Below, in pieces: positions 53,745 through 62,041 of a DNA stretch of 64,000 bases. Each line of letters opens with the position of its first letter. Position 1 is the first letter of the stretch. Under the pieces are notes generated by a model, which worked only from the letters and a program-made list of their open reading frames with translations, made no database searches and was not told the origin of the DNA. Source of the DNA: Patescibacteria group bacterium (GTDB lineage Bacteria > Patescibacteriota > Microgenomatia > Levybacterales > GWA1-39-11); the NCBI GenBank assembly GCA_035549295.1, contig DASZRG010000051.1:17841-81840 (forward strand). Reading direction: 5' to 3'. Made by a program: the position numbers and the translations under genes.

Positions 53745-54392
53745 ATGCCCAAACAAAAAATTCATTCAACAACTCAAGATTTTACTGAAATCGTCGACAT
53801 TTCAGACGATTGTGTTTTTTTCAAAGGGGGCGCGACCTGTATGGTTGCCGAAGTTTCGTCTGTTAATTTTTTTCTCTTATCAACCGATGAACAAAACGCA
53901 AGAATTTATGGATACATGTCGATGCTTAATTCTCTGTCGTCATATATACAAATTTTTATAGTTTCTCGACATATAGATCTTGGGGCGTATATAAAACTTC
54001 TTGAGGATAAAATTTCAGGAATAAAAAATCCAAAAATCGCAGAGCAACTAACGCTCTACAGAGACTTTATCAAGGAAATCATAAAAGGAGAAGGGCTTCT
54101 TGATAAAAAAATTTATATCGTTATCCCCTTCTCACAGCTGGAGCTTGGTCCAACAGCGCTCGCTCAGGGAAATGCCTCGGGCGCAAGCCAGAAGAAAATC
54201 AGCACCGCAGATCGAATAAAAGCCGGGCTCATAAGCAAGCGAGACAACGTACTTGGGCAGGTCGAACGAATGGGACTTACTACACGCGCGCTTGGAACAG
54301 ATGAGCTTATAAAGCTCTACTATGAACTCTTTAATCAAGAGTTTGTGACGCTCGATTTCAACTCTAATGACGTAAAGAATGTGATTTTATAA
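53745..54392 (+). CDS. VirB4 N-terminal-domain-like protein (stand-alone paralog)
   Basis: 'TQDFTEIVDISDDCVFFKGGATCMVAEVSSVNFFLLSTDEQNARIYGYMSMLNSL…' parallels the N-terminal region of the adjacent VirB4-like ATPase ('VIDLISPSSVEVDFKNIRVGDKFFKTFFVVDYP…LSILIDYKE…') but has no ATPase domain. Confidence 0.4.
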   Translation: MPKQKIHSTTQDFTEIVDISDDCVFFKGGATCMVAEVSSVNFFLLSTDEQNARIYGYMSMLNSLSSYIQIFIVSRHIDLGAYIKLLEDKISGIKNPKIAEQLTLYRDFIKEIIKGEGLLDKKIYIVIPFSQLELGPTALAQGNASGASQKKISTADRIKAGLISKRDNVLGQVERMGLTTRALGTDELIKLYYELFNQEFVTLDFNSNDVKNVIL

Positions 54393-54394
54393 TT

Positions 54395-56650
54395 ATGTTG
54401 GGATTCGGAGAGAAGAAACAAACGACTGAAACAAATACTGCTCAACAGCCGATGGCTACTCCTGTGCAAAACGGGCCCACTGCTGCTGAAAGTGCACAGC
54501 CTCAAACTGCACAAACACAGACTACTACGCCAAAGGGTGTTCCGACAGCACAGGCCAAACCTGGACCAAGTCATGCCGCGACCGCGCTAAAAGACGGCTC
54601 TGTCTCGGTCATAGATCTTATTTCGCCTTCCTCAGTTGAGGTTGATTTCAAAAACATTCGAGTTGGAGATAAATTTTTTAAAACTTTTTTTGTAGTTGAC
54701 TATCCTCGCCAAGTCTCACCAAACTGGCTCTCCATTCTTATTGACTACAAAGAGACCATGAACATATCAATGTTCTGCTATCCCGTCGAGAGCAAGGATG
54801 TCCTGAGCAACCTAAGGCGCAAAATTTCAGAGATGGAGGCAACTCTCCAGTCGGACGCCGAACAAGGAGTAGAAAGTGACCCAAAGATAACCTCTTCACT
54901 CGAAGATGCCATCTCTCTTCGCGAAGAGCTAGCCCGTGGCCTTGAGCGCTTTTTCCAGTTTGGACTATACATAACTCTAGCCGCTGATACGCTCGAGAAA
55001 TTAGAGCTTAAAACCAAGGAGCTTCAGTCTCTTCTCGCGTCAAACCTGCTTCTTATAAAACCGTCTACCCTTCAGATGGAAGACGGGTTCAAGACAACTC
55101 TTCCGACAGGTATCGACAAGCTTTTTATTACTCGCAACATGGACACAACCTCTCTCGCATCAACTTTTCCATTTACGTCTTATGAGATTTCCCACCCAAA
55201 CGGAATACTTTATGGCGTAAATACCATCAACAATAGCCTTGCTATCGTTGACCGCTTCTCATTTGAGAACGCTAACGAAGTTGTATTTGGAAAATCTGGT
55301 GCAGGAAAATCTTTTTTGGTTAAGCTTGAGCTTCTGCGCCAAATGATGTTTGACGCGGAAATTCTAATAATAGATCCTGAAGATGAATACAAAAGTCTTT
55401 GCCATGCGCTTGATGGCGAATACATCAATTTCTCAAAATCATCCGAAGTTAAAATAAATCCTTTTGCACTCGTCGCAGAAGACATGACAGACGCGCAACT
55501 CGGAATAAAAATTCTTTCACTTCATGGGCTTTTAAAAACGATGCTCGGCGAAATGTCGCCAACTCAGGAGGCGATCTTGGACCGATCACTCGTGCTTTGC
55601 TACAAACAGAAAGGCATCACGCCAGACCCAGCGACCTACAAAAATGAGCCTCCCATTCTTGAAGATCTTTATAAAACACTCCTCAACATGGAGGAGGCCG
55701 AAGCAAAAGATCTATCATTCCGCCTTGAGAAATACGTAAAGGGAGGTTTCTCAGGACTCTTCAACCAACAAACCAACTATGACATCAAAAATCAGATGAC
55801 GGTCTTCTCTCTCCGCCAACTCGAAGACGCTCTTCGGCCCATCGCCATGCATGTGGTTCTTGATTTTATCTGGAACCGTGTCAGAACAAAACTCAAAAAA
55901 AGAATACTTGTCGTTGATGAGGCGTGGTATCTTATCCAACACCCTGACTCAGCGGCTTTTCTGCAAGGAATAGCAAAGCGTGCCAGAAAATATTTCCTAG
56001 GCGTAACTACTCTCACCCAAGACATTGAAGACTTTTTGTCAAACGACTATGGAAAATCGATTCTTTCAAACTCCTCGATACAAATATTGCTAAAACAAAA
56101 CTCGTCGGAAGTTGAGGCTCTTGCAAAGGCGCTATTTCTGTCAGAAGGTGAAAAACAATTTCTAGTCACGGCGCAGGTTGGAGAGGGATTACTTTTTGCT
56201 GGACAAAATCATATAACGGCGCAGTTTGTCGCATCCCAAAGCGAATACGAACTCATCACTTCAAAACCTCAAGACTTGATTCAAAAAGAAGACGATCCCA
56301 CACCTAGCATCCAGCAGCCGGAAAGTGTTTCCGCTCAAACAGAAGTTGCGCCCCCTTCGGTCGCGTCTACACCGACACCAACCAGTCAACCGCAATCCCC
56401 GGTCCCACCAATTCCGGACGCTGTTCCCCAAACGACACCAACTGCGCCCATCGCCCCACCTCCAACTCCAGCTATGGATTCACCCGACATAACGGTTGTG
56501 TCTCCTCCATCTCCTCCGGTTGCGCCTGTTGCCGCGACCATTGCCCAACCAGCGACGACTCCGCCCACAGCATCACCACCTACGGCAACTGCGCCGGCTA
56601 GCACGCAAGACTCGCCTGCCCCAACAGTCCCGGGCGTACCAAATGGCTAA
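54395..56650 (+). CDS. VirB4/TrbE/CagE-family T4SS ATPase with Pro/Thr/Ala/Gln-rich N- and C-terminal extensions
   Basis: Walker A 'VVFGKSGAGKSFLVK', Walker B 'ILVVDEAWYL' and '…GVTTLTQDIEDF…' match conserved VirB4 blocks. About 70 aa at the N-terminus and about 110 aa at the C-terminus are low-complexity (…PTPTSQPQSPVPPIPDAVPQTTPTAP…). Confidence 0.7.
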   Translation: MLGFGEKKQTTETNTAQQPMATPVQNGPTAAESAQPQTAQTQTTTPKGVPTAQAKPGPSHAATALKDGSVSVIDLISPSSVEVDFKNIRVGDKFFKTFFVVDYPRQVSPNWLSILIDYKETMNISMFCYPVESKDVLSNLRRKISEMEATLQSDAEQGVESDPKITSSLEDAISLREELARGLERFFQFGLYITLAADTLEKLELKTKELQSLLASNLLLIKPSTLQMEDGFKTTLPTGIDKLFITRNMDTTSLASTFPFTSYEISHPNGILYGVNTINNSLAIVDRFSFENANEVVFGKSGAGKSFLVKLELLRQMMFDAEILIIDPEDEYKSLCHALDGEYINFSKSSEVKINPFALVAEDMTDAQLGIKILSLHGLLKTMLGEMSPTQEAILDRSLVLCYKQKGITPDPATYKNEPPILEDLYKTLLNMEEAEAKDLSFRLEKYVKGGFSGLFNQQTNYDIKNQMTVFSLRQLEDALRPIAMHVVLDFIWNRVRTKLKKRILVVDEAWYLIQHPDSAAFLQGIAKRARKYFLGVTTLTQDIEDFLSNDYGKSILSNSSIQILLKQNSSEVEALAKALFLSEGEKQFLVTAQVGEGLLFAGQNHITAQFVASQSEYELITSKPQDLIQKEDDPTPSIQQPESVSAQTEVAPPSVASTPTPTSQPQSPVPPIPDAVPQTTPTAPIAPPPTPAMDSPDITVVSPPSPPVAPVAATIAQPATTPPTASPPTATAPASTQDSPAPTVPGVPNG

Positions 56651-58298
56651 TACGTACGTTGATGATATTGATAGCGACGAATTTCAACAGGGAGATCACT
56701 ACCCTGCTTTTCCGCAGTCTCCGAAAAACCTATCACCCGATGAAGACGAAAAGAAAAAGGGAATAAAGGATTACGCGCAACAAGGCCGTGACCTAATAAA
56801 TAAGGGGCAAAATGTTCGCGATTTTTTTTCGGCGGCTCATGCTCCTGCCGGCGCTGGAAATGCTGCTGCAGCAGGAGCCTCAACGGGTAGCGAAGTGACG
56901 GCCGGAGCAACTGGGGCTACCAGTGGCGTCGGCGCGACAGGGGCTGGTGGAGCACTAGCTGGAGAAACAGCCGCGGTAGGGACAGAGGCGGCGGCTTCCG
57001 CCGCAGCTCCAGTCGTAGCAGGAGCGATCGAAACCGGTGTTGGAGGAGTGGTCGCAAGTGCCGGAGGGTCTGCTGCCGCAACCGCACCAGTTACAATTAC
57101 AGTCACCGGAGCGAGCACGCCTCTCTGGCCAATCGCAGCAGCTTTCATTTTTCTTTTTATAGTCTTTGTAGTCGTGATCCTTCATGGGTCCTCTGTCGCT
57201 GGACTTCTTAGTAGTAGCAATAATTCGACAAGCGCTCCCACTGCGGGCTCCGCTGCCGGCAACACGGCCGCGTGCGTTGCGGCTGGTGGAAGCCTCGATT
57301 ATTCTGTGTCTATTCACGACACAAACGCCCTACCTCAAAATCCAGACAGTGTGAAAGCAGATGTTCTTAAAAGGTGGCCTGATGCAAAAATTAACAACTG
57401 GGATACAATAGTTAATCAATCGGTTGCAAACGGCTGGAACCCATCGCTTATTCTATCCATATGGATTGAAGAGTCAGGAGCACAGGCAGGCGTCGGATAT
57501 GCAGATGGCAACCCAGATGGATACACGGACGCTCTTGGCTGCGACCCGACCCACAACCAAACAACTGACATAAATAAAAGTCTTGCTTGTGTATTTAATA
57601 GTTTTAAAGACTATAACGGCTTCGAAGATCTAATGTGTGTCTATGGTGGCGACGGATTTCACCGCGCCCCATGTACATTCAAAGACCCACCACCCAAAGG
57701 AAACCCTGACTTTCCAATAAATATCAAGAAGTGGTATTCGGAAATCTCACCAGACACAATAAATTCAAATCCACAAGTTTGTGGACCAACAACATCCGGC
57801 GATTGGCCCACCACGGGACCCATCACACAAGGCCCAGAAGGATCAACTGACCATGCTGGTCTACTCGCAAAATATCAGTGGGAAGCGATCGATATAGGCG
57901 GCGGCACGAACACCAACATACCAGTGTATTCTTCGCACGACGGTACAGTTTCTGCGGTGCACGACTGCATACGCGATGGTGACTGCACGGCAGGCTACGA
58001 AGGGTTCGGTAATTCGGTTGAAGTCACAACCAATACAGACAGTGGGAGCTTCACAACCCTCTATGGACACCTAGCCGAAATTGACACCACTAACGGAGCG
58101 ACTGTCAAGGTCGGCGACAGGATCGGAATCATGGGGCAAACAGGACATGCACCTGGCGGAATCCATCTACATTTTCAGTTCACGGGAGCTCGAATGGAAC
58201 CACCATACATACCAAAAGCTGTAACACCGAGAAATTGCGATACGCCCACCGTTCCATGTGACCCAGTAAACATTGCGCCGTCAAAGCCTGGCGTATAG
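56643..58298 (+). CDS. Cell-wall hydrolase: Ala/Gly-rich N-terminal region, TM, lytic-transglycosylase-like segment and C-terminal M23 (LytM) peptidase domain (VirB1/PrgK-like functional analog)
   Basis: The start is reassigned to the ATG embedded in ATGGCTAA, overlapping the VirB4 stop. 'NPSLILSIWIEESGAQAG' is an SLT-like Glu-Ser context. The C-terminus 'TLYGHLAEIDTTNGATVKVGDRIGIMGQTGHAPGGIHLHFQF' matches the M23 HxxxD…HxH region. Confidence 0.55.
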   Translation: MANTYVDDIDSDEFQQGDHYPAFPQSPKNLSPDEDEKKKGIKDYAQQGRDLINKGQNVRDFFSAAHAPAGAGNAAAAGASTGSEVTAGATGATSGVGATGAGGALAGETAAVGTEAAASAAAPVVAGAIETGVGGVVASAGGSAAATAPVTITVTGASTPLWPIAAAFIFLFIVFVVVILHGSSVAGLLSSSNNSTSAPTAGSAAGNTAACVAAGGSLDYSVSIHDTNALPQNPDSVKADVLKRWPDAKINNWDTIVNQSVANGWNPSLILSIWIEESGAQAGVGYADGNPDGYTDALGCDPTHNQTTDINKSLACVFNSFKDYNGFEDLMCVYGGDGFHRAPCTFKDPPPKGNPDFPINIKKWYSEISPDTINSNPQVCGPTTSGDWPTTGPITQGPEGSTDHAGLLAKYQWEAIDIGGGTNTNIPVYSSHDGTVSAVHDCIRDGDCTAGYEGFGNSVEVTTNTDSGSFTTLYGHLAEIDTTNGATVKVGDRIGIMGQTGHAPGGIHLHFQFTGARMEPPYIPKAVTPRNCDTPTVPCDPVNIAPSKPGV

Positions 58299-58307
58299 AA
58301 TGTTTTT

Positions 58308-59345
58308 ATGGAAAATAACCCAAACAATAAAAAAATAAACCCAAAAGCACTATTGCTGATTGCTGTCTTTTTCATTATCATAGTTCTCATCGCTTTTGTC
58401 TCTCTTCTAATCCCGCAGAGAAACACAAGCCCAAATCAGCAAGCGTTATCTCCCACCCCCGCTCAACTCCCCGAAACAGTCGTTGTTCCAACCCCAGCAA
58501 TACAAACCCCAGCTAGCGTCGTTGTGAACAGACTAGGAGACGTAACCCTTCCAAAACAATTACCAAGCCTTCCAACCAAAATTAAGATTTACACTCTTTC
58601 ACAAACACAAATCTCACCCCTGAAAGCTTCCGACATTGCGCGCTCCCTGGGTTTTACAGGCGAGGGACAAACGAGCTCGACAACAAATGGGGATGCACTC
58701 ATCTTCCAACAGAGTGACGGGAATCTCGTCTTCTATCTAACCGGCGGAAGCATCCAGTATTATCCCGAGACTAACACTGCCTCCGCTGTCACCACAGAAC
58801 AACAAGCGCTTAAGATAGGAATTGAAGCGATAAAAAAATTCTCACCATACGTTGACACGCTCATACCCAACTATTCGTCTAAAACCTATTACGTAGGCAA
58901 CGAGGACTTGAGGCAAGTAGATAGTTTTGCGTCGTCAAATTTTATCGACCTGCCCTTCTCCGACTCGGTTGATAGTCGAATCATTTATTCTCAGTTCGGG
59001 GACAGCGCGTCGGCACACGTGTGGATCAGTAAATCAGGAGGCATTAATCGAATAACGGTGGCTGTTCCTCCACAACTGACAGGAACCGTCGACAAAGAAA
59101 CCCTTTCAGTAGGTGATGCAGAAAAACAGGTAGCGGCGGGTCGGGGAATAATCTCAAAATACGGTGATTCCGACAGCGGACCGCTTCCCACACCAGAAAA
59201 AACCTCTCTCAACGAAGTTGAGTTGGCCTATTTTCGAGACTCGAACAATAAGACCCTCTACCCTATCTTTGTTTTTTCGGGAACGTCGACAGCGGGCGGA
59301 TCCAACTACCCTATCACAGTATATCTACCCGCTCTAAAACCCTAG
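58308..59345 (+). CDS. Secreted or membrane-anchored hypothetical protein
   Basis: N-terminal TM 'ALLLIAVFFIIIVLIAFVSLLI', then a Pro/Thr/Ala-rich linker and a beta-rich domain. Confidence 0.4.
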   Translation: MENNPNNKKINPKALLLIAVFFIIIVLIAFVSLLIPQRNTSPNQQALSPTPAQLPETVVVPTPAIQTPASVVVNRLGDVTLPKQLPSLPTKIKIYTLSQTQISPLKASDIARSLGFTGEGQTSSTTNGDALIFQQSDGNLVFYLTGGSIQYYPETNTASAVTTEQQALKIGIEAIKKFSPYVDTLIPNYSSKTYYVGNEDLRQVDSFASSNFIDLPFSDSVDSRIIYSQFGDSASAHVWISKSGGINRITVAVPPQLTGTVDKETLSVGDAEKQVAAGRGIISKYGDSDSGPLPTPEKTSLNEVELAYFRDSNNKTLYPIFVFSGTSTAGGSNYPITVYLPALKP

Positions 59346-60439
59346 TCCTGAATCCTAACTGGCATAATCACATGGATGTAGTCCCCCATACCCTCAACCT
59401 TAAATAGGGCCGGCTCAACAGATGAAGACACCTGCATTGAGATGTTTTTCGCAGTAACACTTTTCAAAAAATCCTGAACAAACTTTATATTAAATGCGAT
59501 CTCATTATTCGGCCCTTCCTGCTCAACCTGAACAATCACGTCCCCCTCACCAACGCTTGCTGATTTTGACAACATTTTTATCTTACCATCGTCTATCTGG
59601 AGCCTAACGATGTTCGCGGAATCCCTAGCGAATATCGACACTACCTTTAGTTTCTGAGCAAGCTCTTGGGAGTCGACGGTTATGGTCGTTTTCCCGCCCT
59701 TGGGTATAACTTTTGCGTAGTTTGGAAACTGACCGATAATCAACCTCCCAACCAAAGTTATATCTTCACTCTCAAAAATTACCTGGTTCGCCTTCTTGTG
59801 CATATACATAAAAATTGATCCACTATGAAAAGCTGAAACCTCAGATAGGAGTCTCGCCGGCAAAATAACAGACTCCTCCTGCAGCACTTTCTTGTTTCTG
59901 ATTGTCTTCATTGATAATCTAAACCCGTCCGTTGTCACAAGGTCAATTCCCTCCTCTTTCTGAGAAAACAATACCCCGGAAAGCTCAGGCCTGTAGTCGT
60001 CTTGCGCTGCCGAAAAGAGAAGCCCTGAAAACATCTGCTCGACCTCCCCCTCACCAAATTCGTAGATTTTCTCTCCCTTATCCTCGTATATACTAGGAAA
60101 TTCGTCTTTGGCGATTGTTCTGAAGGTTATCTCATCATCGCGACAGCTAACGGAAAGGTTTTCTCCTTTAAGAGAAATTTTAACCTTGTCCTTTGGAAAG
60201 GAGGATATTGCCTCAATAAACTGTTTTCCAGGAACGGTCACGGCTCCCTCTTCTTCCACCTTTCCTGCAACTTTAACTCTTATTCCTATTTCGAGATTTG
60301 TTGAGTAAACGAATATGCCATCTTTTGTTGTTTCTATAAGCAGGTTAGAGAGAACTGGAATTTGAGAATGGATAGGTAAACTTTTTGATAAAAGAGGTAG
60401 ATATTTTTCTAGATTTTCTATAAGGAATTCTGCTTTCAT
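59342..60439 (-). CDS. dnaN: DNA polymerase III beta subunit (sliding clamp)
   Basis: 365 aa with a three-domain beta-clamp pattern and the N-terminus 'MKAEFLIENLEKYLPLLSKSLP…'. It sits immediately downstream of dnaA. Confidence 0.85.
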   Translation of the reverse strand: MKAEFLIENLEKYLPLLSKSLPIHSQIPVLSNLLIETTKDGIFVYSTNLEIGIRVKVAGKVEEEGAVTVPGKQFIEAISSFPKDKVKISLKGENLSVSCRDDEITFRTIAKDEFPSIYEDKGEKIYEFGEGEVEQMFSGLLFSAAQDDYRPELSGVLFSQKEEGIDLVTTDGFRLSMKTIRNKKVLQEESVILPARLLSEVSAFHSGSIFMYMHKKANQVIFESEDITLVGRLIIGQFPNYAKVIPKGGKTTITVDSQELAQKLKVVSIFARDSANIVRLQIDDGKIKMLSKSASVGEGDVIVQVEQEGPNNEIAFNIKFVQDFLKSVTAKNISMQVSSSVEPALFKVEGMGDYIHVIMPVRIQD

Positions 60440-60513
60440 AAATTATTCTAAATAGTAATAGTAGTAGTATAGGTTGATAAGTGGAAAAAAGCAAAAGAAT
60501 GAGCGTAAAAAAA

Positions 60514-60522
60514 TGTGGATAA
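60514..60522. promoter_or_regulatory. Perfect DnaA box (TGTGGATAA) in the dnaA-dnaN intergenic region
   Basis: Read directly. The context is AT-rich. Confidence 0.6.
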
Positions 60523-60575
60523 GTTGTTGACTACGGTGTTGACTTTTTGTGTATTTTTAAAATCCATTTAAGTTT

Positions 60576-61916
60576 TTAGTGCACAAAATCCTCTCTGATC
60601 TTACGTTTTATGAGCGAGATTTCCTCACGTGTTGCTTGAGAGTTTTCAACACTTTTCCTCATCTTTTCCACAGCGTGCATAACGGTTGAGTGGTCGCGGC
60701 CTCCCAGTAGATTCCCTATCTCAACATAAGTAAGTCTCGTCTCCTCTTTTAGGAGAAACATGCAGATGTGTCTTGGGGTGATAAGAAAGGAGTCACGGCG
60801 CTCGCCTTTAAGTTGAGTCGACTTAACGTTGAAGTAGTCACATATGGCGTCAACGATTGTGTCCGGTCTGAATACGATCTGCGTGGCCTTGTTTTTATCA
60901 AGAAGCGCCGAAATATCGGCAGGACCGATCTCTGCTCCACTGTTTACTCCGACGGAGGCGATTCTCAAGAGAAAACCTTCGAGCGCACGGGCGTCTTCTA
61001 TTTTTTCACTAATTGCCTTGACTGCATCGATGGAGAGGTTTATTCCATACTTTCTGCTTTTTATAAGGAGAATTGCGCATCGAAGCTCAAAGTCTGGGGC
61101 CTCGATGTCAACAGAAAGCCCACCCTCAAAACGAGAGGCTAGTCTTGCTTCGAGTTTTTTTATTTCAGCCGGAGGTCTATCAGATGACATCACGATCTGT
61201 TTTCCTTGATCGATTAGCGTATTGAAGGTGTGGAAAAGTTCTTCTTGAACCTTGTCTTTTCCTGAGAGAAATTGAATGTCATCAAGAAGCAGTAGGTCTA
61301 CTCCGCGAAAGCGACGCCTGAGGTCTGTCGTTGTTTTTTTCATGATTGCCTCGACCACTTCGTTTGTGAACTCCTCGGTTGTCATGTAAATGATTTTCTT
61401 ATTGTCTCCATCATCAAACACTCGATTGGCAATCGCATTCATAAGGTGGGTTTTTCCGACCCCAACTGTGCCGTACAGAAAAAGGGGATTATATTTCCCG
61501 CCAGGGTCTTGGGCCACGGTAAGAGCTGCGGTGTAGGCGAGCTGATTACTGTCAGATACCGCGACTGTGTCGAAGGTGTAGTCTGGTCTAATTCGCGCAG
61601 GGCGAATCTTTGCCGTGTTTTCTCTGGCAAGCTCGGCAAAAAGAGGCCCCTCGCTTTTTTTTGGTTTTCCGCGAAGGCTGTTGCCTGAGGTAAACACCAG
61701 GCTAACATTTTCCCCTGTTTTTTTATCAAGAACTCGCTTGAGAAGTGAATAATACCTTTTCTCGACATACTCTGCAATTATGTGCGTTGGTGAGTCAATG
61801 GTTGCCACAGAATCTATAAGAGAGGTAAGAGTTGTTGGTTTAAAAAAACCTAAAAAAATAGGCGGTGAAACCTCGACTTGAACTTCGGCTAAAACTTGTT
61901 TCCAGAGATCTTCCAT
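60576..61916 (-). CDS. dnaA: Chromosomal replication initiator protein DnaA
   Basis: AAA+ Walker A 'LFLYGTVGVGKTHLMNAIAN', Walker B 'LLLDDIQFL', sensor/box VII, and the C-terminal DNA-binding domain '…LGGRDHSTVMHAVEKM…'. Confidence 0.9.
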   Translation of the reverse strand: MEDLWKQVLAEVQVEVSPPIFLGFFKPTTLTSLIDSVATIDSPTHIIAEYVEKRYYSLLKRVLDKKTGENVSLVFTSGNSLRGKPKKSEGPLFAELARENTAKIRPARIRPDYTFDTVAVSDSNQLAYTAALTVAQDPGGKYNPLFLYGTVGVGKTHLMNAIANRVFDDGDNKKIIYMTTEEFTNEVVEAIMKKTTTDLRRRFRGVDLLLLDDIQFLSGKDKVQEELFHTFNTLIDQGKQIVMSSDRPPAEIKKLEARLASRFEGGLSVDIEAPDFELRCAILLIKSRKYGINLSIDAVKAISEKIEDARALEGFLLRIASVGVNSGAEIGPADISALLDKNKATQIVFRPDTIVDAICDYFNVKSTQLKGERRDSFLITPRHICMFLLKEETRLTYVEIGNLLGGRDHSTVMHAVEKMRKSVENSQATREEISLIKRKIREDFVH

Positions 61917-61956
61917 TTAAGACGTGAGGCAGGAGTAAGCCAGAGAAGTATACGAA

Positions 61957-61965
61957 TGTGGATAA
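61957..61965. promoter_or_regulatory. Perfect DnaA box (TGTGGATAA) upstream of dnaA (putative oriC/dnaA promoter region)
   Basis: Read directly. An AT-rich stretch follows, TATAATATAGGTGAAATTATTTTT. Confidence 0.6.
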
Positions 61966-62041
61966 CTTTTTGTCAAGGGTTAGGCGGTCTTGTTTAGGTT
62001 ATTTTGGGTAATGACTGTATAATATAGGTGAAATTATTTTT

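Noticed and set aside
56496-56642. N-terminal 49-codon extension of the cell-wall hydrolase ORF into the VirB4 gene (MCLLHLLRLRLLPRPLPNQRRLRPQHHHLRQLRRL…)
   Set aside because: The Arg/Leu/Pro-rich extension is an out-of-frame reading of the VirB4 Pro/Thr-rich tail. An ATG overlapping the VirB4 stop (ATGGCTAA) gives a conventional coupled start, so the CDS is set to 56643.
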